DNA of 64,000 nt from Puniceicoccaceae bacterium. GTDB lineage: Bacteria > Verrucomicrobiota > Verrucomicrobiia > Opitutales > Oceanipulchritudinaceae. A program made the translations under genes and the position numbers. The notes below the pieces were generated by a model. It made no database searches and was not told the origin of the DNA. It worked only from the letters and a program-made list of their open reading frames with translations. Shown here in pieces: positions 39,934 to 50,075 of this stretch. The first letter of the stretch is position 1. Every line of letters begins with the position of its first letter. The DNA lies in assembly GCA_040830765.1 (NCBI GenBank), contig JBFOMH010000004.1:32001-96000 (forward strand), written 5' to 3'.

Positions 39934-40716
39934 TTACTTGCGCTTGGCCAAATGGCGGCGGATGAACAGGACACCCATCAGGCCGGCCGCACCAAGGATT
40001 CCGATGGTGGACGGCTCAGGAACCGGGGTCGTTTCAATCACGTCATTGCCGCAGGTCATCGTCCAGTGGATGGAGAGCTCGTTGGCATCATCCACACCAA
40101 AAACATTCTTGTAGTCAAAAATGGTGATGCTGAGGAAGTCGTCGTTGGCGACATTACCGGCGGTATCAATAAACCATGAGGCAGTACCGACCTCAGTCCG
40201 ATCGCCAGGATTGAATTGCCATTCCTGGAATTCACGCCAAGTGCCACTTGCTGTTGACTGGATAATATCTGATGGATCCGAGTGGACGGTAGCCGCTACA
40301 GGGCTGGTAATATCCGTACCGGACTGGTTGTCATAAACGCCAAGTTTGACGCCGAAATCCCATATCGTTTGCGTTGTACCACCAATATAATCCAAGGTAG
40401 TGTCATCGCCAGGGCCCCAGTCTAAGCCGTTTGTGCTGATAAACAGGTCACCTAACGTAGTCCCGTTCAAACCTGTTCCTGAGACAATGTTATCAAAGTA
40501 GTTCCCGTGGATGTTGATGGTGATGTTCCCGGCGCTAAGAAATGTTTCCGTGTGCGTGAGATCGAAGACAGCTCCAATGGAATCCGTGTTGGTATAACTG
40601 GGATTGGTAGCAACCCCACCAATGTAATTATCATCAGCAATATACTGGCCAAATCCTAAATGGGCACAGACCAGCAGAGACCCGGAGAAGACAAGAAGTT
40701 TTTTGTTAATTTTCAT
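39934..40716 (-). CDS. PEP-CTERM sorting domain protein
   Basis: Signal peptide; Thr/Asp/Gly-rich body; VPEPST + TM helix + RRHLAKRK. Confidence 0.95.
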   Translation of the reverse strand: MKINKKLLVFSGSLLVCAHLGFGQYIADDNYIGGVATNPSYTNTDSIGAVFDLTHTETFLSAGNITINIHGNYFDNIVSGTGLNGTTLGDLFISTNGLDWGPGDDTTLDYIGGTTQTIWDFGVKLGVYDNQSGTDITSPVAATVHSDPSDIIQSTASGTWREFQEWQFNPGDRTEVGTASWFIDTAGNVANDDFLSITIFDYKNVFGVDDANELSIHWTMTCGNDVIETTPVPEPSTIGILGAAGLMGVLFIRRHLAKRK

Positions 40717-40760
40717 AATGTATTAAGTTCAAGTAATTAGAAGCAGACTAATCAGTGTAA

Positions 40761-40790
40761 AGACTAGGGTGTTTTCCCCAGCAGTGTCAA
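40761..40790 (-). promoter_or_regulatory. Sigma70-type promoter of the PEP-CTERM gene
   Basis: Minus strand TTGACA-18 nt-TAGTCT, about 45 nt upstream of the ATG. Confidence 0.55.
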
Positions 40791-40827
40791 TAATTAACCT
40801 TATTTTACGCTTTTTTTACTTAACTTA

Positions 40828-40840
40828 TAACCCATTGATT
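40828..40840 (-). promoter_or_regulatory. IHF-consensus site
   Basis: Minus strand AATCAATGGGTTA matches WATCAANNNNTTR, next to an AT-rich tract. Confidence 0.4.
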
Positions 40841-41044
40841 ATCAGCGATTAAAATATCCAGCAAGGGGATTCATCTACTTAAGTAAGGGCGACTTGCCTG
40901 ACAGGAGAGCGCAACGGTCAGCAAATTTGGCCACCGCTTCCAACTCAGTCAGGTTTTGATTAGTCATAAAAAACTTTTGAACTTCGCCCAGCGGGCGAAA
41001 AGGAATTGAGTCAACAATTCAAAGAGGCATTCTGCTTAGTAGAG

Positions 41045-44000
41045 ATGGAGGAGCCCCATGAGAAGGCAACGGATGCTCGTGAAGATGCGTTGGGAGATTC
41101 GGATCAAGCGAAATTCCCCAGCCTGCTTGATTACAGTATTCATGAGCTCTTTCTACAACAGGTTACCCTTCATCCCGGTGCTATCGCCATTGAGGATGGG
41201 GAAGAAATACTAACCTACCAGGAGCTGGATGTGCGCGTCCATGCCCTTGCGAGCATCCTCATACAAGAAGGTGTAGGATACCGACAAAGAGTTGGCGTAC
41301 ATTTGCACCGATCCAGTACATATGTCGTCAGCTTGTTGGCTATTTTGAGGGTTGGAGCGACCTACGTTCCCCTACCAGAGGACTATCCCAAAGAACGCAT
41401 ATCCTACATTATCCAGGATGCAGACATAGGTGCCGTGCTTTCCAGTGGAGCCCTGCCTGCATTCTTGAGGCAATCCGGCTTGGTTGTCATTGACCCCGGT
41501 CAAGTGGTCACCTTGGACGATTCCAGGCATGATAAGGAAATCGCTACCGAAGTCACCGGGAAAGATCCTGCCTACATTATGTATACCTCCGGTTCAACGG
41601 GAACACCCAAAGGCGTTATAATTCCTCACAAAGGTGTTATCCGGCTCGTAAAGGAACAAAGTTATGCCCGATTCACTCCGGAGGCCAAGTTCCTCTTTCT
41701 GTCCTCCCCTGCCTTTGATGCATCCACATTCGAAATATGGGGTGCCCTCCTGAATGGTGGGACCTGCGTGATTCATTCCGCCCGGTATCTAGATCTCGAT
41801 GAGCTAAAAAAAACTATCCGCCAGCACAAAGTCACGACGACCTGGCTGACCTCCGGGCTCTTCAATACAATAATCGATACGGACCCTTCGATGATTCAAA
41901 CCGTCGAACATGTCCTCACCGGAGGGGAGGCCCTATCTCCAGGTCATGTTGCCAAAGCCCTCCAGATCTTCCCAAAGCTGCGTTTAACCAATGGTTATGG
42001 TCCAACAGAATCCACCACCTTCGCATTGACACACGAAATTTGTAGCGAAGATATCGAACGGGCTTCCATACCCATTGGCAGACCCATTAACAACACGAAT
42101 GCTTACATCCTGGATAGGGAGGGGCAGCCTGTAGGGCCTGGTTGCGCAGGGGAGCTTTATCTTGGCGGAGCCGGCCTTGCCATAGGTTATCTTAACCAAC
42201 CAGAGTTAACTGCAGACAAGTTCATTCTGGATCCCTCTTCTGCTACACAGACGACAAGGCTTTATAAGACGGGTGACCGTGTTCGTTTTATCGATGATAG
42301 TGTTATTGAGTTTCTCGGAAGAGAAGATGCCTTGATCAAGATCCGAGGATTCAGGATCGAATTGGGGGAAATTGAAACGGCGTTAAGCAAGCATTCAAAA
42401 ATCCTACAGGCCGCGGCTAATCCGGTTAAAAACGATGAAGGGACAGTCATCAGCATTAGGGCCTATTTTGTTTCGAAGCAGAATTCCTCGATTCCATCCG
42501 AGGAAGAGTTGAGGGAATTCCTACGGACTCAACTTCCCAAATATGCGATTCCGGATCGGCTGGTTTGCATTCCAGAAATTCCCCTTACTGCTAATGGAAA
42601 GGTCAACCGGGACGCTCTTGCAGGCTTCCATACCGAACGGATGATTCATCCACCTGCAATCGAACCTCCGCGTACGCCTGAGGAAGAAGCTCTGGCAGGA
42701 ATCTGGAAGGACCTGCTCGGGTTGGAAGCCATCGGGCCCGATGATGACTTTTTTTCCCTTGGTGGTGAATCCCTGCTCGCAACCCAGCTTGTTTCCCGCA
42801 TCCGATCGCAGTTCAAGAGGAAGTTCACGGTAGCTGATCTGTTTCATAATCCAACAATCAATGAAATTTCCTCACACCTTTCCACCGCCGAGAAGCTACA
42901 GGAATCCCGGAAGGTCCTCCAAGAGACGAATCCCGGGTTGAATCGCTTTCCCCTTTCCTATTCCCAGGAAGGTCTGTGGTTTACAAATGCGATGGAGGAA
43001 GGCCTGCTCAGGAACAATATCGCGGACGGCCTTTCGCTGGAAGGAGCTCTTGACAAGGCAAGCCTTATGCAGGCAATTGAATTTCTTGTCGCACGCCACG
43101 AGTCCTTCCGGCTCCGATTCGACGTGGAGAATGGATTGCCGGTACAGTACCTGACAGATGATCCAGGGAAAATTTTTGAATTTGACGACTTTAGTGAACT
43201 CGAGGTGCGCAACAGTGAGCAGCGGGTAGAGAAACACTTGCGAAATGCCCAGGAGCAGGCCTTCGACATGAAGAACGGACCACTCTTCAAATTTCACTTG
43301 ATCAAGCTCTCAGAGGACCGCCATCTGCTTTTCTGGGTCTGCCATCACATAGTCGCGGATGGCTGGTCATTCAGTTTGCTGAAGCACGAGATCGGGGCCT
43401 GTTACGACGCATACTCACAAGGACGGAAACCAGCGTTATCCGAATTGAAAGTCCAGTATTCGGACTTCTGTCTTTGGCAGCGGGAAACTTTGAAGGGGAA
43501 CGAACTGGAGCGCCAGGCCAACTACTGGACCAAGCAACTGCAAGACGCCCCCCAGTTGGCACTGCCCACGGATCAGCCAGCAACGGCGCGGTCTTCATTC
43601 GCCGGGAAGGAACATAGGTTCAAGATTCCCACGGAACTATCCGGGCAAATTGCAAAATACAACATGGCTGAAGGGATTACGCCTTATATCAGCCTTATGG
43701 CTGCCTTTCAGGTTCTGCTTTTCCGTTACACGGCCCAAACGGATATTGTCACCGGCACACCTGTTGCTAACCGGCAACAAGAAGAATTTGAGCGCGTCAT
43801 GGGCCTTTTCGTCAATACGCTTGTGATGCGACTGGACCTGTCCGGGTCACCGAACTTCACAGAAGTCATTCGACGTTTCAAAGAGGTGACAATTGCCGCC
43901 CACAGTCATCAGGACCTTGCCTTCAGCAAACTGGTTGAGCACTTGAATCCACCTAGACAGGTCAATCGCCATCCCATCTTTCAGGTGGCCATGGCGGTTC

Positions 44001-46906
44001 AAGATATGCCATTTCCGGCCCCGGCGTTCAAGGCACTTACCGTATCGGATTACCCGGTGAGCGAAGTGATGACCCAGTTTGACCTGGAGCTGCATTTACG
44101 CAATGAGGGAGGTAGCTGGCAGGGGAAGTTCATTTACCGGAAAGACCTGTTCAAAGCGGGAACCATTGAGCGCATGGCGAGCCACTTCTGTAACTTACTC
44201 GAAAATCTTCTCGATAACCCCCAGCAGCCTGTCTCAGAAATAAATCTGTTGTGCGATGAGGAGCGAGAGGTAATCCTCAAGGAGTGGAGCAATGCCAGTC
44301 CACTTGTCCCCATCAAGGACTCCGTTCACTCGATGTTTGAACATCAGGTTTCGGTCTCAAAGGATGCTCCGGCATTGATTGAGAATTCCAGGACATTGAC
44401 TTATGTGCAACTGAACCACCATGCAAACCTGCTGGCTGCAAGGCTCCAGGAATCAGGAGTTGAATCCGGACAAATGGTCGGAATTTACCTGGACCGCTCA
44501 ATAGAATTTATTGTCAGCCTTCTGGCAGTCATGAAAGTCGGGGGTATTTATGTCCCCCTGGCAACGGATTATCCTGAGAGTCGATTAAGGTTCATGGTGG
44601 AGGATGCTGGAATCCGTGTGATTCTGGCTAGGAATGCACTCCCAGCGTGGATGCAGGAAGACCGGTTTACGCACTTGGATCCAGCTGATTCTGGGAATGA
44701 CCCTCTGTTCGGAACTGAATTCGAATCCATACCGGGTGAAGGGGACACTCCTGCTTATCTCATGTACACTTCCGGTTCTACGGGGAATCCCAAGGGTGTC
44801 CTTATACCCCATCACGGAATCATCCGGCTGGTCAAGGACCAGGCATATGCGGAATTTGGACAGGATAGACGATTCCTATTTCACTCTTCTCCGTCCTTTG
44901 ATGCCTCCACATTCGAAATTTGGGGGCCCTTGTTGAATGGGGGTGCCTGTGTGGTTTCCGAGAAAAGGCACAACAGCCTGCACGACTTGAAGGAGACCAT
45001 TTGCCGACATAAGGTTAGCACGATTTTTTTAACTACGGGTTTGTTTAATCTGCTCGTAGATACCCTTCCAGAGGCGCTGGCAACGGTTGACCATGTCCTC
45101 ACCGGAGGTGAGGCGCTGTCACCTTCCCATACCCGGAAACTGCTGGAAAAATTTCCCGGCCTTAGGCTAACAAACTGCTATGGCCCCACGGAGTGCACAA
45201 CGTTCGCACTAACCCATGATATATCAGCAGAAGACCCATCCACCTACTCCGCTCCTCTTGGAATACCTATTGGGAACACTGAGACCTATATCCTGGATTC
45301 ATCAGGAAATCCCGTCCCCGCAGGGATTCCGGGAGAACTGTGCCTTGGCGGGCAGGGTTTGGCACTGGAGTATCACAATAACGCGGAAACCACTTCTGAG
45401 AAATTTGTCGCTCATCCCTTTTCAGAAGATCCCAGTGTACACCTCTATCGGACAGGAGACCTGTGCCGCTACCGGGAAAACGGATTTCTTGAATTTATTG
45501 GGCGGATGGATCGTCAGGTTAAAATCCGGGGATTCCGGGTGGAAATGGGGGAAATAGAATCCGCCATAAAGGCCTATCCGGGTATTTCTCAGACTATTGC
45601 TGTGTCCAACCGACCCACCGGCGAATCGATCTCCATCGTCATTTATTATACTGTTATGGATAGTACGAAAGTTCCCCCGGTAGAGGAACTGAGAGATTTC
45701 ATGGCTCAACGAGTCCCGGATTATGCCATCCCGTCAGCTTTTGTCCAACTGGATGCGTTGCCCTTGACTCCGAATGGAAAGATAGACCTGGAAGCATTAC
45801 CTGAAGCAGACTATTTGTCAGCGGACAAGAATGAATCCCTGGACATCCCGGGCTCAAAGGAGGAAGAGGAATTACTCCAGATTTGGAAAAAAATCCTAGG
45901 AACCGAAAATATTGGTCTTCATGACAATTTCTTCGCCCTCGGCGGGCACTCCCTTCTGGCCACAAAAATGATTGCAGCGATTGAACAAGAGCTGGGTGCC
46001 AGGCTCTCCATAGCCTCTCTTTTTGAGGCTCCCACGGTCAAAGGTCTCGCGAAAAGTGTTGCTGCAAAAAGTGCTAGCAACAAAGACAAATCTCTTGTCA
46101 AACTACAAGCTGAGGGGAGCCTTTCTCCCCTATTTTGCCTCCATGGCATGCGTGGCGATCTTTACGCCTTTGTTGACCTGGCAAAACACCTTGGTCCTGA
46201 GCGCCCAGTCTACGGACTACAAGCCCTTGGCTGGGAAGAAGGTGCCCCAAGGCACACCAGCGTTGAAGAAATGGCAGGTCATTATGCCAGTGAGATATTG
46301 GCGATTCAGCCCTCGGGACCATATAATCTCCTTGGATTTTCCGCCGGCGGATGGGTTGCCTTTGCAGTCGCACAGAGACTGCACCAGCAGGGGCATGATA
46401 TTAACTTGTACATGTATGATACCCACTTCCTGACCGCACAGGTTCCCTACTTAGCCTATGCGGTGGGTCGATGCCTGGACTTGTTGGAATGGATACCGCA
46501 TCACGTTACGCGGTTCCTGCAGCAGCCACGGGGCAAAAAACTGGCCTACATAAGAAACCGGCTCGATTGGTTCAGCAAAATGCTACCTTCTAAACAATCT
46601 GAGACATTCGCTGGCAGAACGCGCAAGAGTCCCAAGGAAGAGGATTTGTCGAATGACTATTTCATTCGGGTGATTTCCCAATTCAAACCTGCCATCTACA
46701 GCGGTGGACTGACACTCCTGAGCGACTCAAAGGTAAAAACATACAAACTCAACCTATGGAGATTCCTGATACGCGGAAAACTTGAGGTGCACTATGTCGG
46801 AGGGGGTCACACGGGGATTTTTGACCCGAATTATGTTCGTATCATCGCCGATCTTTTCAGGAAATTGTTAAGCAGGCACGACGAACCATCAGTAGTAAGA
46901 AAATGA
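41045..46906 (+). CDS. Bimodular non-ribosomal peptide synthetase A-T-C-A-T-TE
   Basis: Two sets of YTSGSTGxPKG / YGPTE / YxTGD / NGK; carriers LGGESL and LGGHSL; C domain HHIVADGWS; TE GFSAGG; start 41045 or TTG 41006. Confidence 0.95.
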   Translation: MEEPHEKATDAREDALGDSDQAKFPSLLDYSIHELFLQQVTLHPGAIAIEDGEEILTYQELDVRVHALASILIQEGVGYRQRVGVHLHRSSTYVVSLLAILRVGATYVPLPEDYPKERISYIIQDADIGAVLSSGALPAFLRQSGLVVIDPGQVVTLDDSRHDKEIATEVTGKDPAYIMYTSGSTGTPKGVIIPHKGVIRLVKEQSYARFTPEAKFLFLSSPAFDASTFEIWGALLNGGTCVIHSARYLDLDELKKTIRQHKVTTTWLTSGLFNTIIDTDPSMIQTVEHVLTGGEALSPGHVAKALQIFPKLRLTNGYGPTESTTFALTHEICSEDIERASIPIGRPINNTNAYILDREGQPVGPGCAGELYLGGAGLAIGYLNQPELTADKFILDPSSATQTTRLYKTGDRVRFIDDSVIEFLGREDALIKIRGFRIELGEIETALSKHSKILQAAANPVKNDEGTVISIRAYFVSKQNSSIPSEEELREFLRTQLPKYAIPDRLVCIPEIPLTANGKVNRDALAGFHTERMIHPPAIEPPRTPEEEALAGIWKDLLGLEAIGPDDDFFSLGGESLLATQLVSRIRSQFKRKFTVADLFHNPTINEISSHLSTAEKLQESRKVLQETNPGLNRFPLSYSQEGLWFTNAMEEGLLRNNIADGLSLEGALDKASLMQAIEFLVARHESFRLRFDVENGLPVQYLTDDPGKIFEFDDFSELEVRNSEQRVEKHLRNAQEQAFDMKNGPLFKFHLIKLSEDRHLLFWVCHHIVADGWSFSLLKHEIGACYDAYSQGRKPALSELKVQYSDFCLWQRETLKGNELERQANYWTKQLQDAPQLALPTDQPATARSSFAGKEHRFKIPTELSGQIAKYNMAEGITPYISLMAAFQVLLFRYTAQTDIVTGTPVANRQQEEFERVMGLFVNTLVMRLDLSGSPNFTEVIRRFKEVTIAAHSHQDLAFSKLVEHLNPPRQVNRHPIFQVAMAVQDMPFPAPAFKALTVSDYPVSEVMTQFDLELHLRNEGGSWQGKFIYRKDLFKAGTIERMASHFCNLLENLLDNPQQPVSEINLLCDEEREVILKEWSNASPLVPIKDSVHSMFEHQVSVSKDAPALIENSRTLTYVQLNHHANLLAARLQESGVESGQMVGIYLDRSIEFIVSLLAVMKVGGIYVPLATDYPESRLRFMVEDAGIRVILARNALPAWMQEDRFTHLDPADSGNDPLFGTEFESIPGEGDTPAYLMYTSGSTGNPKGVLIPHHGIIRLVKDQAYAEFGQDRRFLFHSSPSFDASTFEIWGPLLNGGACVVSEKRHNSLHDLKETICRHKVSTIFLTTGLFNLLVDTLPEALATVDHVLTGGEALSPSHTRKLLEKFPGLRLTNCYGPTECTTFALTHDISAEDPSTYSAPLGIPIGNTETYILDSSGNPVPAGIPGELCLGGQGLALEYHNNAETTSEKFVAHPFSEDPSVHLYRTGDLCRYRENGFLEFIGRMDRQVKIRGFRVEMGEIESAIKAYPGISQTIAVSNRPTGESISIVIYYTVMDSTKVPPVEELRDFMAQRVPDYAIPSAFVQLDALPLTPNGKIDLEALPEADYLSADKNESLDIPGSKEEEELLQIWKKILGTENIGLHDNFFALGGHSLLATKMIAAIEQELGARLSIASLFEAPTVKGLAKSVAAKSASNKDKSLVKLQAEGSLSPLFCLHGMRGDLYAFVDLAKHLGPERPVYGLQALGWEEGAPRHTSVEEMAGHYASEILAIQPSGPYNLLGFSAGGWVAFAVAQRLHQQGHDINLYMYDTHFLTAQVPYLAYAVGRCLDLLEWIPHHVTRFLQQPRGKKLAYIRNRLDWFSKMLPSKQSETFAGRTRKSPKEEDLSNDYFIRVISQFKPAIYSGGLTLLSDSKVKTYKLNLWRFLIRGKLEVHYVGGGHTGIFDPNYVRIIADLFRKLLSRHDEPSVVRK

Positions 46907-46909
46907 ACA

Positions 46910-46938
46910 AGCCTGTCTCTCATGGCGTGAGGCAGGCT
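46910..46938. terminator. Hairpin between convergent NRPS and beta-helix genes
   Basis: AGCCTGTCTC/GAGGCAGGCT 10-bp stem; weak U-tracts. Confidence 0.4.
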
Positions 46939-46978
46939 CAAGATTTTGGAAGCTCTCAAAGCTTCCTCAAGTAGTCAG

Positions 46979-49966
46979 TCAGTTCGGCTGGCTTTCCAGG
47001 GTCTGGAGGATGAGGTCGTTCAGTTCCTCCCCGCTCAACGCAGCATCCCAAATCGACAAGTCATCAATCTCAGCCTGAAGTGGATGCAGGGAACGTACCT
47101 GCCGCCCAAGGTATACGGTCGTCCCACGAACCTGGCCAATGCCATTCGAATCATGCTGGGCCCAAATCCGAGCGCCGTTACCGGATGCCACATGAACCCC
47201 GTTGAGATAAAGATGCAGGGAGTCCGAAGCAAGAGCATCATTGCCGTCAAGGACGAGGGCGATGTGGTTCCACTCGTCAACCAGGAGGCGTCCAGCATTG
47301 AGTGTTGTTCCAGACCAGTTCGATTCACCAGATGGCCGGTTCCACCCGTTGGCCTGCAGGAATCCCCGATCAAGGATGAGGTTTAGCCCCCGCCAGTAGC
47401 CACCCTGCTCATAAATGATGGAGGTGTTGGACAAAGTAGCAGCTACCGGGCGTATCCAGAGGGAAATGGTGTAGGTAGCCTGATCCCCCATGTTAATGGT
47501 CTCGGAGTCCGGGATTTGCAGCCCCTGGTGTGCCCCTGAAAAACTGATCCCCCGGCTGGCAGGGCCAATACCCATTGTCTCAACTGCTGATTCCGAGGCA
47601 ATCGGAAGAGGGCTTTGTCCAAGATCAGGAAAGTATCCTCCCTCAGCCGTGTCAAAACTCCACATGTGCAAGGGCTCCAGAAGGGTTCCGGTTGTGGAGT
47701 CATTCCCCGCATCAACAAAGGTCAGGATGCCGTTCGCGTCCTTAATAACAGTCAGGGGCGATGATTCATCAGGATCATAGGTTCCACCATTGGGTGTTTT
47801 AATCGTCGCACTGTTGGCAAAACGAACGTGCTTATTGACATGCAGGGTGACTGGCACGTTGATCGCGATTCCGGAAAAGGTTTCGTAGACGGTCAATGCA
47901 TTTGGTGCAAGGGTCAGTTCTTCGTAACCTCTAGCCAGCAATTCGGTACCCTTGTTAACAACGTATTCTTCTGTTGTCGAAGGCGGTTTGTAATCGGCAA
48001 CAAACATTTTGCCATCTGCTCCCTTCTCGAGGATAATGGAAGCCCCTTTGTACAGGGTGTATCCTCGGGAGAAATTGTTCCAATCGCTTGGAATGAGTTC
48101 CGGACTTCTAATGCCGCTACCTTCAATCAATATTCTATGACCTGTGGGATAGCGTCCGACTTCGTTTAGGTTCAGGATATAACCATCATATTTAACATCC
48201 GTTATCCTGCAGTGGATTTCTGGGATAAAAATGTTATGAGGCTCGGCTTTGTAGTGCCAAATCGACATTGGTTTATAATCAATCCGTTGGTTGTTCATAA
48301 ACCAAGGAAGAATTCCCGATCCACTGAAAAGCTTAGACTGGTAAATAACATTATTCTCAACTGAAACATTGTGTACTTCCCGCGAGCCTGAATAAGCATC
48401 TGAGATGACATACTTTACTCGATTACCATCAAAGCCCTGAAAGGTATTTTCGCGTACAGTCCAATCCCTGCCTTCCCCTTTGCTCACGTAACTTAAAACA
48501 CCATATTCCATATTCCGGGAATGCGCCTCAAAGCTATTGTTATGAATGCTAACATTGTTGTATACTGGCGGAAGCTTGTATTGGTTTAAATGAGTGAAGT
48601 ATATTCCAACTTTTGTGTCCTTAACGATATTGTTTCTGATGGTTACGTTACTGGCAAAATCGCTTAGGAATACTCCTGCTTGTGAAGCATTTGAAAGCTC
48701 GCAGTTTTCAACCAGCAAATGCGCCTTTTCCGTTCCAAGATATACAATGCCAAACGGTCCAATATTGTTACTGATGGAAGTCCCGTAAATTTCGGAGAAG
48801 TGGCCGTCCATGGAAAAGTTCTCAATACCGTTGACCACGTTCCATATCTTACAGTTCCGCATCGTCATATTGGCTCCCATACTGACTGCACTCGCATTGG
48901 ACTCAAAGATGTCGCAATTCTCTATTAGGATTTCCGCATACTTTTCCCCGCCCTTGTAAAGGATTTCACCTCGCCAGCCATTAACGGAGCAATCCCGCAC
49001 TGAGATGTTGTACAATTCAGCGTGAGCAAAAGTGAATACGATGCACTTGTTTGAAATGTCCCATTCCTCCAAGTCCTGGTAAGGATTGTACCATCCATGC
49101 TTTCCATTAGCCGTGGTATTGCCACGCATCTCCAATCCTATCCAGTGAATATTACTGTACGGGCCCTTGCCAATTGGCGGATCCAACACAAAAAGGCTTC
49201 CGCGAAAATGCCTCCCGGTTACGCTTTTTGGTATGGCCGAATAAAGAATCGATTTTGAATCAACATCTACGGAGTAGTTCATGGGATCCTGTCCGGACCA
49301 AGCTTTAAAGGAAATACTGCTTAAGACCTTTCCTTCACCTTTGAAAGTTATGTTGTTGTGTTCCTGGGTAAGCAAAAATACCGCACCATTCAGGTTGTCA
49401 AAGCTGACGCGATACTCCAAATAGTATATTCCATCAATGCCATCTGAATCGGCAGGAGTACCCGAGGCAGAAATCCAGCCTTCACCCTTACCCTTGGCCA
49501 ACTCACCTTGAGTTACCCAGTTGGCAGCAATCTTTCTTGAGACTTTTCCATTACGCAGGTTGAGGTAGTAATGATTGTCTTCCCCAGCAGTGTTTTCCGG
49601 ATCATCCAAACCAAAATGCCATTGCTCTACGCTGTATTTGTATTTAACCCCATCCTTGAGTAGTTTCCAAGCTCCATCTTGCTTATGGTACAAGGAGACA
49701 ACTGCAGTTCCAGGCGGGGAAACATTGTAGATTCCCGCTGGGAAGTAGACAGTTCCACCCCCGTTCAATCGCGCTGCATCAATGGCTTCTGCTATTGCCC
49801 TGGTATCATCCGTCTCATCCTGCCCGTTGGCACCAAAAGTGGTTACGTCGAATAAATCCGGTGGCGTGCTCTCGGCATTTCCTGACAAGGCCAATGGAAT
49901 CAACGACAGAAGGAACGCAAGAGTTCGTTTGCACTGCAAAGGAAAGGGAGTGCTGCTTATGATCAT
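46979..49966 (-). CDS. Secreted right-handed beta-helix protein (pectate lyase 3-like N-terminus) with C-terminal LamG domain
   Basis: Signal peptide; FDVTTFGA..DDTRAI..AIDAA...GTVYFPAGIY; repeated IxNN/VENC strands; LamG (TISLWIRP, WNHIALV, LYLNG, IDDLSIWDAALS). Confidence 0.82.
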   Translation of the reverse strand: MIISSTPFPLQCKRTLAFLLSLIPLALSGNAESTPPDLFDVTTFGANGQDETDDTRAIAEAIDAARLNGGGTVYFPAGIYNVSPPGTAVVSLYHKQDGAWKLLKDGVKYKYSVEQWHFGLDDPENTAGEDNHYYLNLRNGKVSRKIAANWVTQGELAKGKGEGWISASGTPADSDGIDGIYYLEYRVSFDNLNGAVFLLTQEHNNITFKGEGKVLSSISFKAWSGQDPMNYSVDVDSKSILYSAIPKSVTGRHFRGSLFVLDPPIGKGPYSNIHWIGLEMRGNTTANGKHGWYNPYQDLEEWDISNKCIVFTFAHAELYNISVRDCSVNGWRGEILYKGGEKYAEILIENCDIFESNASAVSMGANMTMRNCKIWNVVNGIENFSMDGHFSEIYGTSISNNIGPFGIVYLGTEKAHLLVENCELSNASQAGVFLSDFASNVTIRNNIVKDTKVGIYFTHLNQYKLPPVYNNVSIHNNSFEAHSRNMEYGVLSYVSKGEGRDWTVRENTFQGFDGNRVKYVISDAYSGSREVHNVSVENNVIYQSKLFSGSGILPWFMNNQRIDYKPMSIWHYKAEPHNIFIPEIHCRITDVKYDGYILNLNEVGRYPTGHRILIEGSGIRSPELIPSDWNNFSRGYTLYKGASIILEKGADGKMFVADYKPPSTTEEYVVNKGTELLARGYEELTLAPNALTVYETFSGIAINVPVTLHVNKHVRFANSATIKTPNGGTYDPDESSPLTVIKDANGILTFVDAGNDSTTGTLLEPLHMWSFDTAEGGYFPDLGQSPLPIASESAVETMGIGPASRGISFSGAHQGLQIPDSETINMGDQATYTISLWIRPVAATLSNTSIIYEQGGYWRGLNLILDRGFLQANGWNRPSGESNWSGTTLNAGRLLVDEWNHIALVLDGNDALASDSLHLYLNGVHVASGNGARIWAQHDSNGIGQVRGTTVYLGRQVRSLHPLQAEIDDLSIWDAALSGEELNDLILQTLESQPN

Positions 49967-50075
49967 GCCATAAACAATACACCCCCTTTTGAGAATTCTA
50001 AGCGAACCTTACAAGAGCTTTAAATATTCATAACAATTTGACAAATTCCAGAAAACGAAGAATTCGGTCAATCCC

